Assembly: GCA_013265495.1 (NCBI GenBank)
Contig: MU063176.1
Span: forward strand, 2,848,344-2,912,343
Origin: Vicugna vicugna
Lineage: Eukaryota
Reading direction: 5' to 3'
Length of the DNA stretch: 64,000 nt
Shown here: positions 61,555 to 64,000 of the stretch, piece by piece
How the letters are laid out: every line of letters starts with the position of its first letter
Position numbering within the stretch: position 1 is the stretch's first letter
Position numbers and translations under genes: made by a program
The notes under the pieces: model-generated
Told to the model about the DNA's origin: nothing
The model's input: the letters and a program-made list of their open reading frames with translations, nothing else
Databases searched by the model: none

Positions 61555-63960
61555 GAGTTCATATTTTTCTATTGTGAAAATACTGAAGTAGATGCCCTTA
61601 GGCATATATTTTGTGTGCTTCTCTCATAATTCCCTTGGAATAAGTTCTGGAAGTGGAATTTCAGGGTCAAATTGTGCACAACTTCACATCCTGAAATCTT
61701 TTGCCAAATCGCCCTCCAGAAAGGTACCAATGTCAGTTCTCATTGGCTTTGTGTGAGCCTGCTTGTTTCACTAAACCCTTATGCTGAACATCATCTGTCT
61801 GCTTGATTCTCAGTAATTTGATGTGCAGGTGATCTGTCTCATTGCTGTTTTAAATTACATGATATTGTTAGCAAGATGAGCATATTTCCATGTGTTTATT
61901 AATCTTTTTGGTTCTTTTGTGAATTGCTTGATCACATCCTTTGTCCATTTTAAATTTGGGATCTTGTGTCTTTTTTATTGATTTATAAATGTAGTTTACA
62001 TATTAAGGATAACAAAAGCCTTTGAAATCTATAACACAATTTATTTTCTCAATTCAGAAAATTTTTGGTAAATGTATTTATGATATTTTTTGCTATATGG
62101 AAATTTGAGTGTTTTGTCCTTATGGATTTGTGAGCATAATGAGAAAGACTTTCTCCTTTAGAAAATTATAAAAACATTCTGTTAGATTTTTTTCTAGTTT
62201 TTTTTGTTTAATATTAAAAAAAATTGATCCACCTAGAATTTATTTTGGTGCAGAGTATAACATAGGGATCAGATTTTATTATTTTCCTTAATGGATATCT
62301 AGTTGTCTTAACATCATTCTATGATAATTCATCCATTTCTTATTGCAGTACCATCTTTATCTCGTGCTAAATTTCCATTTCATACATATATCTATTTTTT
62401 GTCTCTCTAATATGTATATTGATCATTTGTCTCTTTGTTCAGTACCAAACTGTTTAAATTTCTATAGCTTCATATATTTTAATATTAGATGAGACATAGC
62501 CCCCACTTTACCTGATCTTTTTATTTTAATTAACTGGGTCTAATTCCTAGAGGCAGAAATTTTGACTCTTAGATGGTATTTTCCTTTATACTCCAAATTG
62601 TAGGTTTACATGGCTAGCTTTTGATTAAACAATTTCAGACATTATCTGTTGATTTTCTGACATGGTGAATGAGTCTTCCATCCATTTACAGTCTGTCTTC
62701 CCTCATGCCTCCCCTCCCCACCACCACCTTGGGCTCAGTCTGGTCACATCTCAGTGTTGGGCTGTGTCCCTGCTCAGTGTGTTCATTACAACAACCATGT
62801 GAATGTTGTGAATTGCTAAGCCAAAGACACACTGTAATTAAGTTTCCTTGATTTTACAGCTTTTCTTTTTTCCTAGAGTTCATAATAGGCCTGTTGGTTT
62901 TCATTTGTTTAGTTTTTTTTTTAAACACTTAAGATTTTATTCCAACACTGTAGAATGCCTTTCACTACAATTTTCAACATCCTCAAACCTGTTAGATTAT
63001 ATAACAGAACCTTTCCCACCCACCCCCAGAGGTTTTTTTTCTTATATGAGGGATCAGAAAACTTTCTGAACAGAGTCGGATAATGAATACTATAGGATTT
63101 GTGAGCACCCTAGGAGTCTCTGTTACATATTCGTGTTGTGTTTTGTTTTATTTTATTTACAACCTTTTATTCAGCATGTGTTGAGATCCACTCATGTTGT
63201 TGCTTGAACCAGCAGTCTGTCCATTTTTAGTGTTGAATAGCATTTCATTCCAAGGATATACCACAATTTCTGTCTTTTTTATTGTACTTTCTCAGAGATT
63301 TCCATGACCTTATGTTTTAACATTTAAACTCTTTTTAAAAAAAAATTTCAGCACTCATATTTTAAATTTCCATCAAGAAATGAGATTTCTCATTCCCTGT
63401 TTCTTACAGCTTCTTTTATTTTTAATGAATGCAACGTTTTCTCTAGGAGTGCCTTCTTCCCCTGTATTCTGTGTATTATCTGCTTCCTTCAGTTTCTTTC
63501 ACCCTTATTGATTGTATTCTCTTTCATGTCAGGCAGGGCTTTTGTGAAATGTCCAGTGATCCTTGGCTGCCTTTTCATATCTGAGAGTGAAGCTCTGAGT
63601 AGGCTGTGTGCCTGGGTGGGTGGGATTTGTAGACAGGGCTTACTGGAGGCTGAAGCTGGCCAATTCCCCTGGGTGGGATGGGTCTTCCCTTCATTTACAA
63701 GGATGATCTACCACCCTCCTATCAGTGATGTGTGTGCAGGGGACAGGGGTGGGAGTTGGGGATAGTAAGTCTAGTCCTGGGCTGACTTCAAAGGGATGCT
63801 AGATCAGAGGGACCTCTAAGTTTGGACCTGAGTGGAGATGAAGCTGGAGGTCTCAGATGTCTCCTTACTCAACCATTTTTAATTCAGCACTTTCCCACCT
63901 TCCACAGCGTCTGATGAAACAGAGTTAGAAGACCTTCTGTGTCCATTTCTCTACAAAAGG
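61555..63960 (-). mobile_element. Old L1M remnants (antisense), with a MER58A-like fragment at ~63053-63130
   Basis: AT-rich L1 ORF2 antisense signatures: ggaagtggaatttcagggtca, ttgccaaatcgccctccagaaagg, tctagttgtcttaacatc. Confidence 0.65.
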
Positions 63961-64000
63961 CATCTCTGGTGGGCTGCAGAGACAGAAGGTTAGCCCCTTG

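Noticed and set aside
54150-64000. Orthologue of the human far-upstream coding exon (recalled MLKMAEPIAS...)
   Set aside because: Not seen; expected to lie beyond the window if present.
1-64000. CRISPR arrays, tRNA/rRNA genes, prokaryotic defence systems, intact autonomous transposons
   Set aside because: No spacer-repeat periodicity, structural RNA signatures or long intact transposase/RT/Gag frames; the sequence is mammalian intronic DNA.

Overview
This is mammalian genomic DNA. The 3' end of the youngest L1 copy looks camelid-like, and I saw no Alu, BovA or PRE SINEs; the species call is from memory of repeat consensus sequences, moderate confidence. The window holds the 5' part of PRDM11 on the minus strand. 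Three coding exons (21463-21587, 20998-21101, 20171-20433) splice with canonical GT-AG junctions into 162 uninterrupted codons: MTENMKEC..., a PR zinc knuckle, then the start of the PR/SET domain. The next exon is not visible and probably lies left of the window. There are two CpG islands: one just upstream of the first coding exon (~22.2-23.2 kb) and one ~32 kb upstream (~53.0-54.1 kb), the likely main promoter. The rest is intronic or intergenic and dense with old repeats (MIR, L2, L1M, MaLR/ERVL LTRs, hAT and Tigger elements), often nested. Ten N runs hide high-copy repeat cores and GC-rich promoter sequence. No rRNA, tRNA, CRISPR or prokaryotic system is supported. The most interesting inference is a series of CpG-marked candidate alternative 5' exons in intron 1, each ending in a good sense-strand donor. 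One (37218-37274) would add an in-frame N-terminal extension. The upstream promoter also carries a full DM-domain (DMRT)-type site and repeated ZNF652-type motifs. Repeat family names and boundaries are approximate, by eye and from recalled consensus sequences.
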